DNA of 64,000 nucleotides, from positions 124,116,368 to 124,180,367 of the forward strand of contig NC_068982.1 in assembly GCF_001194135.2 (NCBI RefSeq), read 5' to 3'. Below the pieces are notes generated by a model that worked only from the letters and a program-made list of their open reading frames with translations, searched no databases and had not been told where the DNA came from. Source of the stretch: Octopus bimaculoides (Eukaryota). The position numbers were made by a program, and so were the translations under genes. Position 1 is the stretch's first letter. The number at the start of each line of letters is the position of its first letter. Positions 37,669 to 50,200 of the stretch are shown one piece after another.

Positions 37669-38283
37669 TGTTATTTTATTTTTAATTAGTTTTATATTCA
37701 TTTATACATGCTTATATAGGTGGGATAGTAATTTTTGTTGGAGTAATTGCTTTACAAATGGGTGCCCTTACTACTAAGCTTCTTTTCTGTACTTTATGTA
37801 CTTTACTTGGGGATGCTGCCTTGTCTTGGGCCTTCAACTCATTGATGGAGCTATAGTGGTGCATCATAAAATGTCTTAAATATTTTAAGATCTGACAGAA
37901 ACCAGGACTTATCACAGCCAATTTCTCCTAGAAGAGAGAGAGAGAGAGTCAGGTAGAAAAAAAGTGCAAAAGAAGATAATTGATTCTACAACAGGACTGG
38001 CATTTTAATTATTGACTCTGAAAGGATAAAAATCAAAGTTGGCCCTTACAGGATTTGAACTTAGGGCCTTGAGAGTCAGAACTATTACCACAAAGCAATA
38101 ATCCAACTCATGCCAACATTGAAAATAGACTTTAAATGATGATGGTAATGATATGTGTATGCATGGCTTGCAACCATGTAGATTTGCATTCAGTCCCACA
38201 GTGTGATACTTTAGGCAAGTGTCTACTACTATAGCCCTGGGCCAAGCAATGCTTAATGAGTGAATTTAGTAGATAGTAATTGT

Positions 38284-38384
38284 GCAGAAACCTCTCTCTT
38301 TCTCTCTCTCTCTCTCTTTCTTGCTCTTTCTTTCTTGCTCTTTCTTTCTCTCTTTCTTTCTCTCTCTCTCTCTCTCTCTCTCTC
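38284..38384. repeat. (CT)n/(CTTT)n pyrimidine-rich microsatellite
   Basis: Seen directly; produces the spurious poly-RE ORFs. Confidence 0.9.
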
Positions 38385-41300
38385 ACACTTGATAACTGAT
38401 GTTGGCTTATGACCCTGTAATTTATGGATGAATCCCTGGAGGTTTAGTTTACAATAATAAGAACTACAAATTATTGTACCTTTAAATTTTTGGGGCCTGT
38501 AGTTTTCATTAGAATGAAATAGAGAGTACAATTGAGTGTCTAAAGGTTCTAAATAAAAAAAAAAATCTTCAAACATGTCAGTCAGGGTCTGAAATAAATC
38601 AGAAATTATCAAGAATCAGCAACAAAACTAAATACCCTCAGTAGAATATTGGATGTCATCCATGTTTTATAACTGACTACAATGTTACAACTATTTTGTG
38701 ATAAGGTAATATGAACTACCTTGAAATAAGATCCTGAACACTGTAGAATTGTCAGTGCTGTTATCTGGCATAATGTCTTCAAAAATTGTCATTGCTTTTC
38801 TGGACAAATCTGCTACCTATTTTCATCTCTGATATTCCTCTAGGTTCTAGTTGCAATTTTCTTTTTTTTTTGGTTATTCCTGATTATTATTATGGCTAAG
38901 ATTCTGGTCATTATTTTAATGTGTTTAATCTGGAAATGAACGAAATGAATAGGGCCTGAATGAGAAATAATTGACCAAAATAGATGGATCCTACATTCAA
39001 ACAAAGCTCCTTTTAATCAAATTTCTATCTTGTGTATGCATATTTTTAAAAAAGGAATTCTGAAATGATTTTCAGATTATTTGCCCGTGTGCATGCATAA
39101 TGCACATATGTTGCACTTGTATTGTAGGTTTTGTTTATTTTCTGTGAGTTCAGTTAATAATAATATACATATATACATATATAATCTTTCTGTCCCTTAA
39201 TACTACTACTCCCAGTTGAGGAGTCTGGCCCTGTAAGTTACTTGGTGACCTCACTGCTGCTAGTGACACCTAAAAAGCACCCAGTACATTTCTGTAAAGT
39301 GGCTGGAAGGGCATCCAGCCACAGAAATCATGCCAAAATAGACAGCAGAGTTTGGTGTAGTCTTCTGATTTGCATGTCCCTGCCAACTGCTCAACCCATA
39401 TCAACATGGAAAATGGACATTAAATGATGATGATGAGGAGGAGGAAGAGGCCTAGTGCCTTCAGTGTGTCTAAAATTTATTGTCAGCTTTTCTGTTTAAT
39501 GTCAGGAACTTCTGATAAATTCCTCTTTTCATTTAGATCATTTTGGAGAGGAGTATAATGCATAAAATTTGCATTTAATTTTTGCCATTATCTCAAAATG
39601 GAAGGCTGATGAAAACATCAGAGAGAATCAAAAAGAAGAAAAAGCCTATTTAAGATTGTAGGAGTATAATAGCATTTTTCTTAACAGGCACAGAATTCTC
39701 GATAATACCAACTTCACCCAAATTGAACAGGAGTTAATTTTTCCGTAAAGGTTTTCTACTATAATTTTTTTATGGAACCGAGACTTCTGGCAGTTTGCTG
39801 TGCTTGAGAAGACATGTCAAGCTAAGTGAAATTGTTGTTATTCTTGCATATAAGTATGTCCCCAGCATCCCTCTTCACAGAGCCATCTTAATCTTGTGGT
39901 CTTGTGGGCATTGATGCTACATAAAAGCAGTCATATCAGTGCTACTTAGAATCATCCAGTATAGTCTGTAAAGTGGTTGGTGTTAGGAAGGGCATCCAGC
40001 TGTAGAAACCATGCCAAAACAGACATGGAGTCCAGGCAGCTCTTCAGTTGGCCAGCTTCCTTCAAACCATCCATCCCGTGCTAGCATGGAAAATGGACAT
40101 TAAATGATGATAGTGATGATTATAAATGCAGAATGCCTATAATGGATTTTGTTTCAGTTATAACTCTTGTGGTTGCATAGCTATTTTAGAAAATCAGGAA
40201 CATTTGTTAATGTGCTTAAGAGGACCCGTCAAACCAAGTGCACCCATGCTGGTCGCATGTAAAAAAATCAACCTTTGAATGTTAGGCCTCACAAAGGCAA
40301 AGTGACTGAGTTCCTTTCGAGTATCGGCCTCACTGAGGTGAGGTGGCTGAGTTCTTTTCAAGTGTTGGGCTTCATAGAGGCAATGACCAAGACCTTTGGC
40401 ATAATGTCATGCTTGAGAAGAAGACCCATCAAGCCGAGCAAAATCGCAATCATGGCAGATACCGGTGTCACACAAATGGCACTCGTGCCAATGGCATGTA
40501 AAAGCACCCATTACACTCTCAGAGTGATTGGTGTTAGGAAAGGCATCCAGCTGTAGAAAACTATGTCGAATCAGACTGGAGCCTCGTGCAGCCTTCCAGT
40601 GGGCCAACCCTGGTCAAATCATCCAACCCATGCCAGCATGGACAACGGACGTTAAATGATGATGATGATGATGATGATGATGATTATGTTCTGAATTCAA
40701 ATTCTGCTGAGGGCAACTTAGTTTTTCATTCTTTCAGGGGTGGTGAAATAAACTACTGGGAGAGTATGTAATTTACTGTCCCCTCCCACTAAAATTGCTG
40801 GCTCTGTGCCAAAAATTTGAAGACATGCTATTGGTTAATATGCAGAGTGCTCATCCAAGAGTTTTACTATGTTGATAGCAGTGATTTAGTAACCGTTAGA
40901 GGGTCTGAGATACTAGGAGTTGAACACCGTTTAAAAAGATATATAAAATAACATTTGAAATTAGTTTTGTGTGGACTTCCATCAACTATTCCCAGTTTAG
41001 GAAATTCCAAAATGGGAGTAAATACTTTTCTGTACCCTAGAAATGTTTGTGTATCAATGTCGAAAGTGCTTAGCTAGGTTAGATGCTACATTTATACAGA
41101 AGGGAGTTAATTCATGTTATTTTTCTTTTACTGTTTTAGCTGGTCTGTGTGTTATGGTCTTGTATGTCATGTACTTGTTCCCACAGCAAAATAATGTATT
41201 CTAAATTTCTAGCAATTATATACTTGATTGTTGTTGCAGACATAGTCTATTGTTTCACTTAAATATGCATACATAAATATGTATATATGTATACAATCGA

Positions 41301-42078
41301 TCAATATTCAGTCTGTATGAGTTACTACTTGAAGTTTCTCATTGATTCCATTCCTTAAGAATACGTATGCATATGTGTATGTATAAAAAGCAAAATGTGT
41401 GTCTATACATACATACATATGTATATAATATATATATATATANNNNNNNNNNATATGGCTGGTGGAAGTGTGTGGCTTAGTGGTTAGGGTGTTGTACTCC
41501 TGATCATAAGATTATGGTTCTGATTCCTGGAATGGGCAATGCATTGTGTTCTTGAGCAAAATACTTCATTTCACATTTCTCTAGTCCCCTCAGTTGGGCC
41601 AAAATGAGTAATCCTGCAATGGACTGGCATCTTATCCAGTGGGGGATTATAGATGCTGCAGAATCCAGAAAACTGGCCTTATAAACCTATGGCTCAGGAT
41701 AGACTGGTGACTCTTTTCTTTTTTTTTTTTATAAATAAATAAATAAATTTTATACATAAATTTGCCTGCATACATTTAGTAAATACACACACACACACAC
41801 ATTTGTTATATTTGTTATACAAAAAGATCTGTGTCATAGAAGACTTTAGCAATGCAGATTGAACATAAAATAATAACAACGATAAAGAATTTGAAATATT
41901 ACCTTGGAAATATTTATTTGTCCTTATATTTACAGTAAAAATCTCCTTTACAAAGGTGTTAAGAGAAATAAAGGAAGGAGAAATAAATTGTATGTCCATT
42001 AGATTGACATGCTGAAAATGTGTAATTGCCCCATCCTCATTTAGATCTTCAAGGTGCATAGTGTTTAGTGGTTTAGGT

Positions 42079-42372
42079 CAGGGGTTTTCAAACTGTAGTC
42101 CGCGGACCACAGTGGGTCTGCAAGGACAAGACAGGGGGTCCGTGGACAGCAAATACTTTTTATGTGCAATTTGATTTTATATGTTTTTTAATCGAAATAT
42201 TTTAATTGACAATAAACCTATTTGTTAAATACTGTTAAATAAATAAATGTAAAAATATAAGTTATTTTAAGCAAATATTTATGTATAAATTTCATAAGCG
42301 TTTATAAGGGGTCCCTAAGGTAAAGCCTGAAATATAAAGGGGTCCGCAAGTCAAAAAATTTGAAAACCCCTG
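42079..42372. mobile_element. hAT (Charlie/Buster-type) MITE
   Basis: TIR CAGGGGTTTTCAAA / TTTGAAAACCCCTG; perfect 8-bp TSD GTTTAGGT at 42071-42078 and 42373-42380. Confidence 0.9.
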
Positions 42373-43163
42373 GTTTAGGTAATGGACTCGCAGTTATAAG
42401 GTTGTAGTTTTGATTCCTGGACTGTGTGGTACATTTCATTCTTGAGCAAGGCTTTGCATTCCATTTTGCTCCAGTCTACTCAGCTGCATTGAGTACCGGC
42501 TGAGTGCTGGTGCAGGTCTCTGTCCCTTCAACTCTCACATTCTGGATGCTCCACTAGGTGAAGGTTAGGAGAGCCAAAAGAGTGTATGTCTGGTAGCTTG
42601 TGTGCCTTAATGACCCTGAGACCTATGCCAGTGAAGCGCAAGCTCCTGGTGGTGGCCTTTCATGCTGGACAGGTCAGGGGCTAGGTTAATATGGACTACC
42701 TCTTCTCAGAGGTAAAAAGGGATATGCATAAGGCCAGCACCTCTACCTAGAATAAACAAAGCTAAGTTACAGAAGCATTGATGACAATTTGAATCCAGCC
42801 AAGACATGAGAGAGGAGAAACAGCCCAGAGTCAAGAACAGCAGAGAAAGGTCATCAATGGTCTATGATTCATAGAGAACAAAGGGCTTAAGTAAGGAAGT
42901 ATAGTGCATGTCACCATGTCATATTTGCTTGCAAGTAACAGCTTTAGTTTCTATGAGTAGCTGTGTGTTTTTTTGAGAATAAATGCAGTCCCTTACTATT
43001 TCACAAAAAGTATGGCTTTTTCTCACATTTTTTTTCTTTTAATTATCATTGGCTTATGTAATATTACAATGAAATATGTTAAACTACATTTTATAGTTCA
43101 CTTATATCAAATTTGTTTTATTCTTCATATATTCTTTAGTGACACCGTTTTTAAATTTCAATA

Positions 43164-43253
43164 ATGGCTCCAATGAACTGGAATATAATCATGAAAACAA
43201 CCAAAAGTAACATAGAAGATGACTCTGATATGCTGTTGGAAATGATCAAATCT
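43164..43253 (+). CDS. CEP290: CEP290 coding exon 1 (exon starts at 43140)
   Basis: attctttag acceptor at 43139; MAPMNWNIIMKTTKSNIEDDSDMLLEMIKS; GTAAGT at 43254. Confidence 0.88.
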
Positions 43254-44156
43254 GTAAGTTGCCTTATTTCTATTGATTTTATTTTAATCTTTGATTCATT
43301 TATCTTGATATTACACAAGATATATAGATGTCAGATTTCATGGGAAAATTATCATAATTGATTATTGTTGCTGTTGTTGTGTGTCAGCTTGTCAGGCATG
43401 TTTATAGCTTTATATGTTTGAAAAAATAAAATTGTTGTTAGTTTACTCTTTTAATGGATTTATTGTATTACATTTTTGTAGTACATCTTGTTCTGGTGTG
43501 GTTTGGCTTCAACAACAACAACCGCAGTAGTAATGTACCCAATACCTGTGGCAGCAGCAATAAGGGCAACAATAGCGCCTTCATTATAACCACTGTCATC
43601 AACATCACTACCATCACCACCAATACCGTCTGTAGTAAGAAGTCAACAATATCAGTCTTGGATTTCATAGAAGCTGAAATGAGTTGAAGAAAAAGTGCAA
43701 CTGCATCCAAACACCAGAAATGCTACCGCAACCACATCCTTTGTGCTTGCTGCACTACTAATAGCAGTAGTTTCTGCAACAACATTACCAAGAGTTTACA
43801 GGTGGCGAGCTGGCAGAAACGTTAGCACACCGGGCGAAATGTTTAGCGGTATTTCGTTTGCCGTTACGTTCTGAGTTCAAATTCTGCCGAGGCCTACTTT
43901 GCATTTCATCCTTTCGAGGTCGATGAAATAAGTACCGGTTACGCACTGGGGTCGATGTAATTGACTTAATACCTTTGTCTGTCCTTGTTTGTCCCCTCTA
44001 TGATTAGCCCCTTGTGGGCAATAAAGAAATAAGAGTTTACAGGGCCACAAGTATAGTTAAGTAAGTTTCTCTAGAAGTGATTTGAGCAGATGTAAGAGAG
44101 AGACCAAAAGGCTCATCCAAGATGACAGCATGGAAAGCAGACATTAAACGATGATG

Positions 44157-44227
<71 letters not shown>

Positions 44228-47200
44228 GGTGGTGAGCTGGCAGAATCGTTAGCACACTGGATGAAATGCTTAGCCATATTTCATCTGTCGTTACGTTGTA
44301 AGTTCAAATTCTGCCGAGATCAACTCTGCCTTTCATCCTTTTGGGGTTGATGAGTTAAGCACCACTGAAACATTGGAGTCGATGTAATCAACTAGTACCC
44401 TCCCACCAAATTTCAGGCCTTGTGCCTTTACTAGAAAAGATTATTATTATTATTATTATTAAAATAAGGAAGCGAGCTGGCAGAATCATTACCGCAATGT
44501 GCAAAATGATTAGTGGCATATTTTCTGGCTTTACTTTCTGAGTTCAAATGCTGTGTCAGGGTTGACTTTACCTTTCATCCTATTGGGATTGATAAAATAA
44601 GTACCAGCTGAGCACTGAGGTCAATATAATCGACTAGACTCCTCCCCCAAAATTTCAGGTCTTGTGCATATAGTAGTAAGGATTATTATTATTATTAAAT
44701 TCTAGCTTCAGTTTCTAAAAATTTAGAATGGTTCCAGGTATTATTGATAAACCAATACAATTTTAATTTGAGACTCTGTTGTTTTGCAGTTCGACCATAA
44801 TAAGGAGACAGAAATTGATCGTTTGAAGAAGTTATTTGAAGTAACTCGGGAGTTGATATTATTGAAAAATGATCAGTTGGAGGAGGTAATTGTAAATATG
44901 GAAGAAGAAACTAAAAAAGAAGCAAAAAGAGGTATCTACCGATATTTTGTATGTCATGAGCCTTGTGAATTATTATGTTTATTAGTAGAAAATCCCCAGT
45001 GTGTTGAACTTCTTGTTAACCTGCACCATCACTACTATCACCCTCACCCAGCTGGTAAGCTGCTAGACTCCTTAGCATGCTGGGTAAAATGCTTAGTGGT
45101 ATTTCGTTCGTCCTTATGTTCTGAGTTCAAATTCTGCCATGGTCAACTTTGCCTTTTATCCTTTCAGGGTCATAAAATAAGTACCAGTTAAGCACTGGGG
45201 TCAATGTAATTGACTAACTCCTCCCTACAAATTTCAGGCTTTTTGCCTATAATAGAATTGATTGTTATTGGAGAGGCAAGTCTATGCCATTGAACACCAT
45301 AGTAGGTCATTGGATAGACTGATTGGTTAAATTGCTTGGAGTCTGGTTTGGTGTAGACCTCCAGGTGGACAAGAACTAGGATGGGGTTATAAGCAGGGTG
45401 GCCAGCCTTGCTTAGAAATAGGCTAATAGGAAACTATCCTTGAAAGGTTGAGCAGAGGTGGTGAATGCATACATCCCCTCTGTAATAACTTACTGCCTGG
45501 CAATCGTACTTTTCTCCTGTTCACATTTGATCACCCTGGAGTATTTACTTTTCACTTCCTGAGGAAAGGATGTGTTCCACTAGTCAGGCAGTCCATCTAT
45601 TGTCACCATCTGCTGGAAGGCATGTTTGGCATGCCATGGCTTCTGATGCACAAACATGTACTGAGGCTGTGCCACCTACCAATATTCCTGGATGGTGAAC
45701 AAAGAAACCATATTGCATACCTTGTGCAGTATCCAAGCATTGCTGACTTGTACAATCATGTTAACAGCTGTTGTCATGTGTAGGATGAATCCAACCATCT
45801 GCCAAGGCCATTATGATGATTGTTTCACCATCTCCCTTTAGCAAGGCACAGCAAGCAGCATTCCTCTATCTAGGGGCTGTGGTGAAGGAGATTGTGTGGT
45901 GAATAAGGCTTGAGGAAAACATCTTCCTCTTTGGTCAAGCCTTCATCGACTTATTAAATTTGTTTGACTAAACCCTTCAAGGTGGTGCTCCAGCATGGCC
46001 ACAGTAAAAGTTAAAGGATAAGGAAGATATGTATCATTCAAACTAAATAATTATTATTTTCTCTCATGTTAATTTTTGATATTGTTATGGGAGAATCCTG
46101 AACTCGTTATGATTGAAGGTGGACTAACTGATTACAATAACCAAGAACCGAGTGAAGTGTCAGGGGATCATTGACAGTGTCACTTTGACCATGTTGGTTA
46201 ACTGTTAGTTTGATGTGTGTTGGTTTAACAGTTGGTAGTTGAACAGTGAATACTGAGTATTGTACCTACGTTCAAGTAGTATGGAGTGCATTCTGTGACT
46301 GGTTATTTTTAGATAACCACAACCTACTATTTACTTTTGTAATACCATTTTACACCAGATGTGTATACCATGTCATAACAGATGTATATTTCATTATTGA
46401 TTTATTTACTCATTAATTGCTTTAAATATTCACTGATTTAAAATATTTACTGATTTAATTCTTTATTATGTTTCATGTTTTTCTGTTTTCTTGATTTTAC
46501 TCAGACATTGTTTTCCCTTTTCTTCTACCATTCCTTTTACCGTCTTTAATATTTTCTCCTAGTTTCTTTTCAACTTTTCGCTTAGTTTTCTTTCTTTATT
46601 TCTTACAAGCTTTTTTTCATTTACTTCTGTTTATATTACAAGCATTAATTTGTTCTATTTTCTTTGTTTATTTTCATTATATCTTTTATTTCAATATTTT
46701 TTTGTCTGTGTTGTTGTTGTTAGTGTTTGATGAATCCTGATTGATTGAGACAATATTTTAACTTCTTGTTTGGCAAATAATGTAACTTGATATCTGATCT
46801 CTATTTTCACAGAACAGAAATTGCAAGCTAAAATTAAAGAGTTAGAACTCTTGAGTAGCAATCTGAAGGTAACTATCTTTTGTTTGGCACACTTGTTTCT
46901 TACTTTTAAATTTAATAATGCTTTCTTCTATGAACAAAGGATTTTACATTTATAGTAAATGAGAGATGGTGAATGCAATGTTCATATCTTTCTGTTAGAG
47001 AAACAAGTGGAATCAGAATATTGAATTGTAGACTTAGAATGCAGAGATCCTGTTACTGTCTGAAAAAATTCTTACAATAAAGATAGCTTTTAGTACTGTG
47101 AGTAGAGGTGAGTTCTGATATTTCAGACAGAGCTTTTCTTTGAAGAAATGAGATGTGTTTTCAATTTAAAGTGTCAAAATTTCCTTATCATCATGGCACA

Positions 47201-50200
47201 CAAACTTATCTTATTTTCTAATTTGTACTTCTCATGGTACCTAGAGTTGGTAAAATTTGCCCTAAAATGCAGGGGATTAAGTTATTGAATGAAATTCCTT
47301 GCATTTATTCATTTAACTGTTTTGGAATTTGTAGCTGCACCGTGACTCATGTAGCTGATTAAATTAGAAGTTATATGCTAGAAAAAAATGCTTTAAATGC
47401 ATTTTTTACTTTATAAAAGAAACCTCCCCAAGGCTTGAATTTGAAACTATGGTGAGGTCAAAATAGTAAATGCTTAGATAGAAAATTTGTAGGTTAGTTT
47501 TTAGAATATATGAATGAGTTTCAAAGACAGAAATTTTAAAGGTGAACTAAACAAAAATATGGCATAGATTCTATAAAGTGAGATAATATGAATGTAAGGA
47601 AAAATAAAGGTAAAAGTAGTATTTGGTGAAAATTAGCTAGCTTTCAATACATGAAATATAAAGGAGAAGTCTGCATACAGTTAATGGATCTTTTGAAGTG
47701 GTGAGAGCTGCTTGTTTTCTCCAGCTTGTTAAGTTGAGAGGTTAATTAACGTAAGGTAAATTTTTATGTGGAATCAGATATCATTTGAACTGGTTTAGCA
47801 TTAGTGTTTATTTTATTAACTCTGGAGAGATTTGAACACACAATATAGAAGGGTGAAATTATATACTGTAAGGCATTTAGATTGACACTCTACTATTTTT
47901 TTTACCAACTCACCACCTGTTTCAAGAAAATTAATATAACCACAAAGATTCTATTGTAGTTTATATAATATCTTTTGTTTTATTTTCCTTTCTTTCAGAA
48001 ATCTGGTATTGATGGAGATTACACATCTTCCAGTACCAGATACTTGCAAGAAGAGATTAATCATTTAAATAACCAAATTCATCATTTAACTGAAGAAAAT
48101 ATGGAATTGCAAAGAGATCTAGATGATGAGAAGAGAGCTAGTGAAAGGGTATAATTATTGACTTCATTATTCAGTGTGTGTGCACGTACGTGCGCATATG
48201 TGTGTGTGTGTGTTTGCTCCATCTGGATGCTTTTAAACTTTAGTAGAAGTGGTAATAATTTTGACAGGATATCTTAACAAATTTATTTTCTACTTTAGTA
48301 GTTTATAGGTGTAGGAGTGGCTGTGTGGTAAGTAGCTTGCTTATGAACCACATGGTTCCAGGTTCAGTCCCACTGCGTGGCACCTTGGGCAAGTGTCTTC
48401 TACTATAGCCTTGGGCCGACCAAAGCCTTGTGAGTGGATTCAGTAGACGGAAACTGAAAGGAGCCCATTGTATATATGTATGTGTGTGTGTATATGTTCG
48501 TATGTCTGTGTTTGTCCCCCCAATATTGCTTGACAACCGATGCTGGTGTGTTTATGTCCCTGTAACTTAGCGGTTTGGCAAAACAGACCGATAGAATAAG
48601 TACTAGGCTTACAAAGAATAAGTCCTGTGGTCGATTTGCTCGACTAAAGGCAGTGCTCTAGCATGGCCACAGTCAAATGACTGAAACAAGTAAAAGAGTA
48701 AAAGAGTTTAGATTTAAATTTAAATGTTTATATAGTTAACAGTATTATTTCATGGACAGTTTTGTTTCCATTTTCATAGCCGTTTGGCTGGCCTCCCCCT
48801 TTCTCTTTGTTTTAAATATTGTATTAGTGTGACTGGTTTCAGATTTTCTCAGACAGATTCTTTTATATTAATTCTGTGGTGGTTCCTAGTTCCTAGTAGA
48901 TATCATATGGAAACTGGTTGCGAAGTTCACTTTTGAGTCATCAGGCGCAGAATTTGATTCTACTACAAGTCATCTTGAGCAAGTGTTTTGCTCTAGCCTA
49001 AGATCAGCCTGTGCTTTACGAATGAGCTTGGGTAAATGGAAACTGTATGGAAGCCCATAGGATAGCTTGTGTAATGCAAGTCCCGTTTTGTCACTCTGTC
49101 TCATCTGATTCTGCCTGAGAATTTTGTTAACCCTTTAGCATTTAAACTGCCTGAATGAAGCTCGAATATTCTACCTGTTTTATGTTCAAAATGACCAGAT
49201 CCTGCCTCTCACACTTACTCCTCACTGTTATTGTGATCATAAACAATCACATCATCAAAATCTTAAAACTATGAGACATTGCATGATTAACTCAAAAAAA
49301 CTCAGGGTAATCTGAATGCTAAAGGGTTCAAGGTACATATGTCTATGGAATACTCAGCCATATGCACACTAACTGAATGTGCTTGGCAGTTCTATTGATT
49401 CAACAACTGAAACTTATGGTTGAAAATTCTGACCAAAATCCATTTATGTAGTTTCTTATTTCTTTACTGCCCACAAGGGGCTACACACAGAGGGTACAAA
49501 CAAGGACAGACAAACGGATTAAGTCCATTACATCGACCCCAGTGCGTAACTGGTACTTATTTAATCGACTCCGAAAGGATGAAAGGCAAAGTCGACCTCG
49601 GCAGAATTTGAACTCAGAACGTAGCGGCAGACGAAATACCGCTAAACATTTCGCTCGGCGTGCTAACGTTTCTGCCATACATACATACATACATAAATAT
49701 ATATATNNNNNNNNNNNNNNNNNNNNNNNNNNNNNNNNNNNNNNNNNNNNNNNNNNNNNNNNNNNNNNNNNNNNNNNNNNNNNNNNNNNNNNNNNNNNNN
49801 NNNNNNNNNNNNNNNNNNNNNNNNNNNNNNNNNNNNNNNNNNNNNNNNNNNNNNNNNNNNNNNNNNNNNNNNNNNNNNNNNNNNNNNNNNNNNNNNNNNN
49901 NNNNNNNNNNNNNNNNNNNNNNNNNNNNNNNNNNNNNNNNNNNNNNNNNNNNNNNNNNNNNNNNNNNNNNNNNNNNNNNNNNNNNNNNNNNNNNNNNNNN
50001 NNNNNNNNNNNNNNNNNNNNNNNNNNNNNNNNNNNNNNNNNNNNNNNNNNNNNNNNNNNNNNNNNNNNNNNNNNNNNNNNNNNNNNNNNNNNNNNNNNNN
50101 NNNNNNNNNNNNNNNNNNNNNNNNNNNNNNNNNNNNNNNNNNNNNNNNNNNNNNNNNNNNNNNNNNNNNNNNNNNNNNNNNNNNNNNNNNNNNNNNNNNN

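Larger units (their letters stand above)
43801..45260 (+). mobile_element. Four co-oriented tRNA-derived SINEs with a Meta-type central domain (43801-44034, 44228-44440, 44470-44690, 45050-45260)
   Basis: Head GGYGAGCTGGCAGAA, B box GAGTTCAAATTC, core GCCTTTCATCCTTT.GGGGTCGAT.AAATAAGTACCAG, (ATT)n tails. They flank CEP290 coding exon 2. Confidence 0.85.

Noticed and set aside
44784-45191. 135-aa ORF as a single coding unit
   Set aside because: Only 44790-44931 is CEP290 exon; the remainder reads through the donor into intron and SINE sequence.
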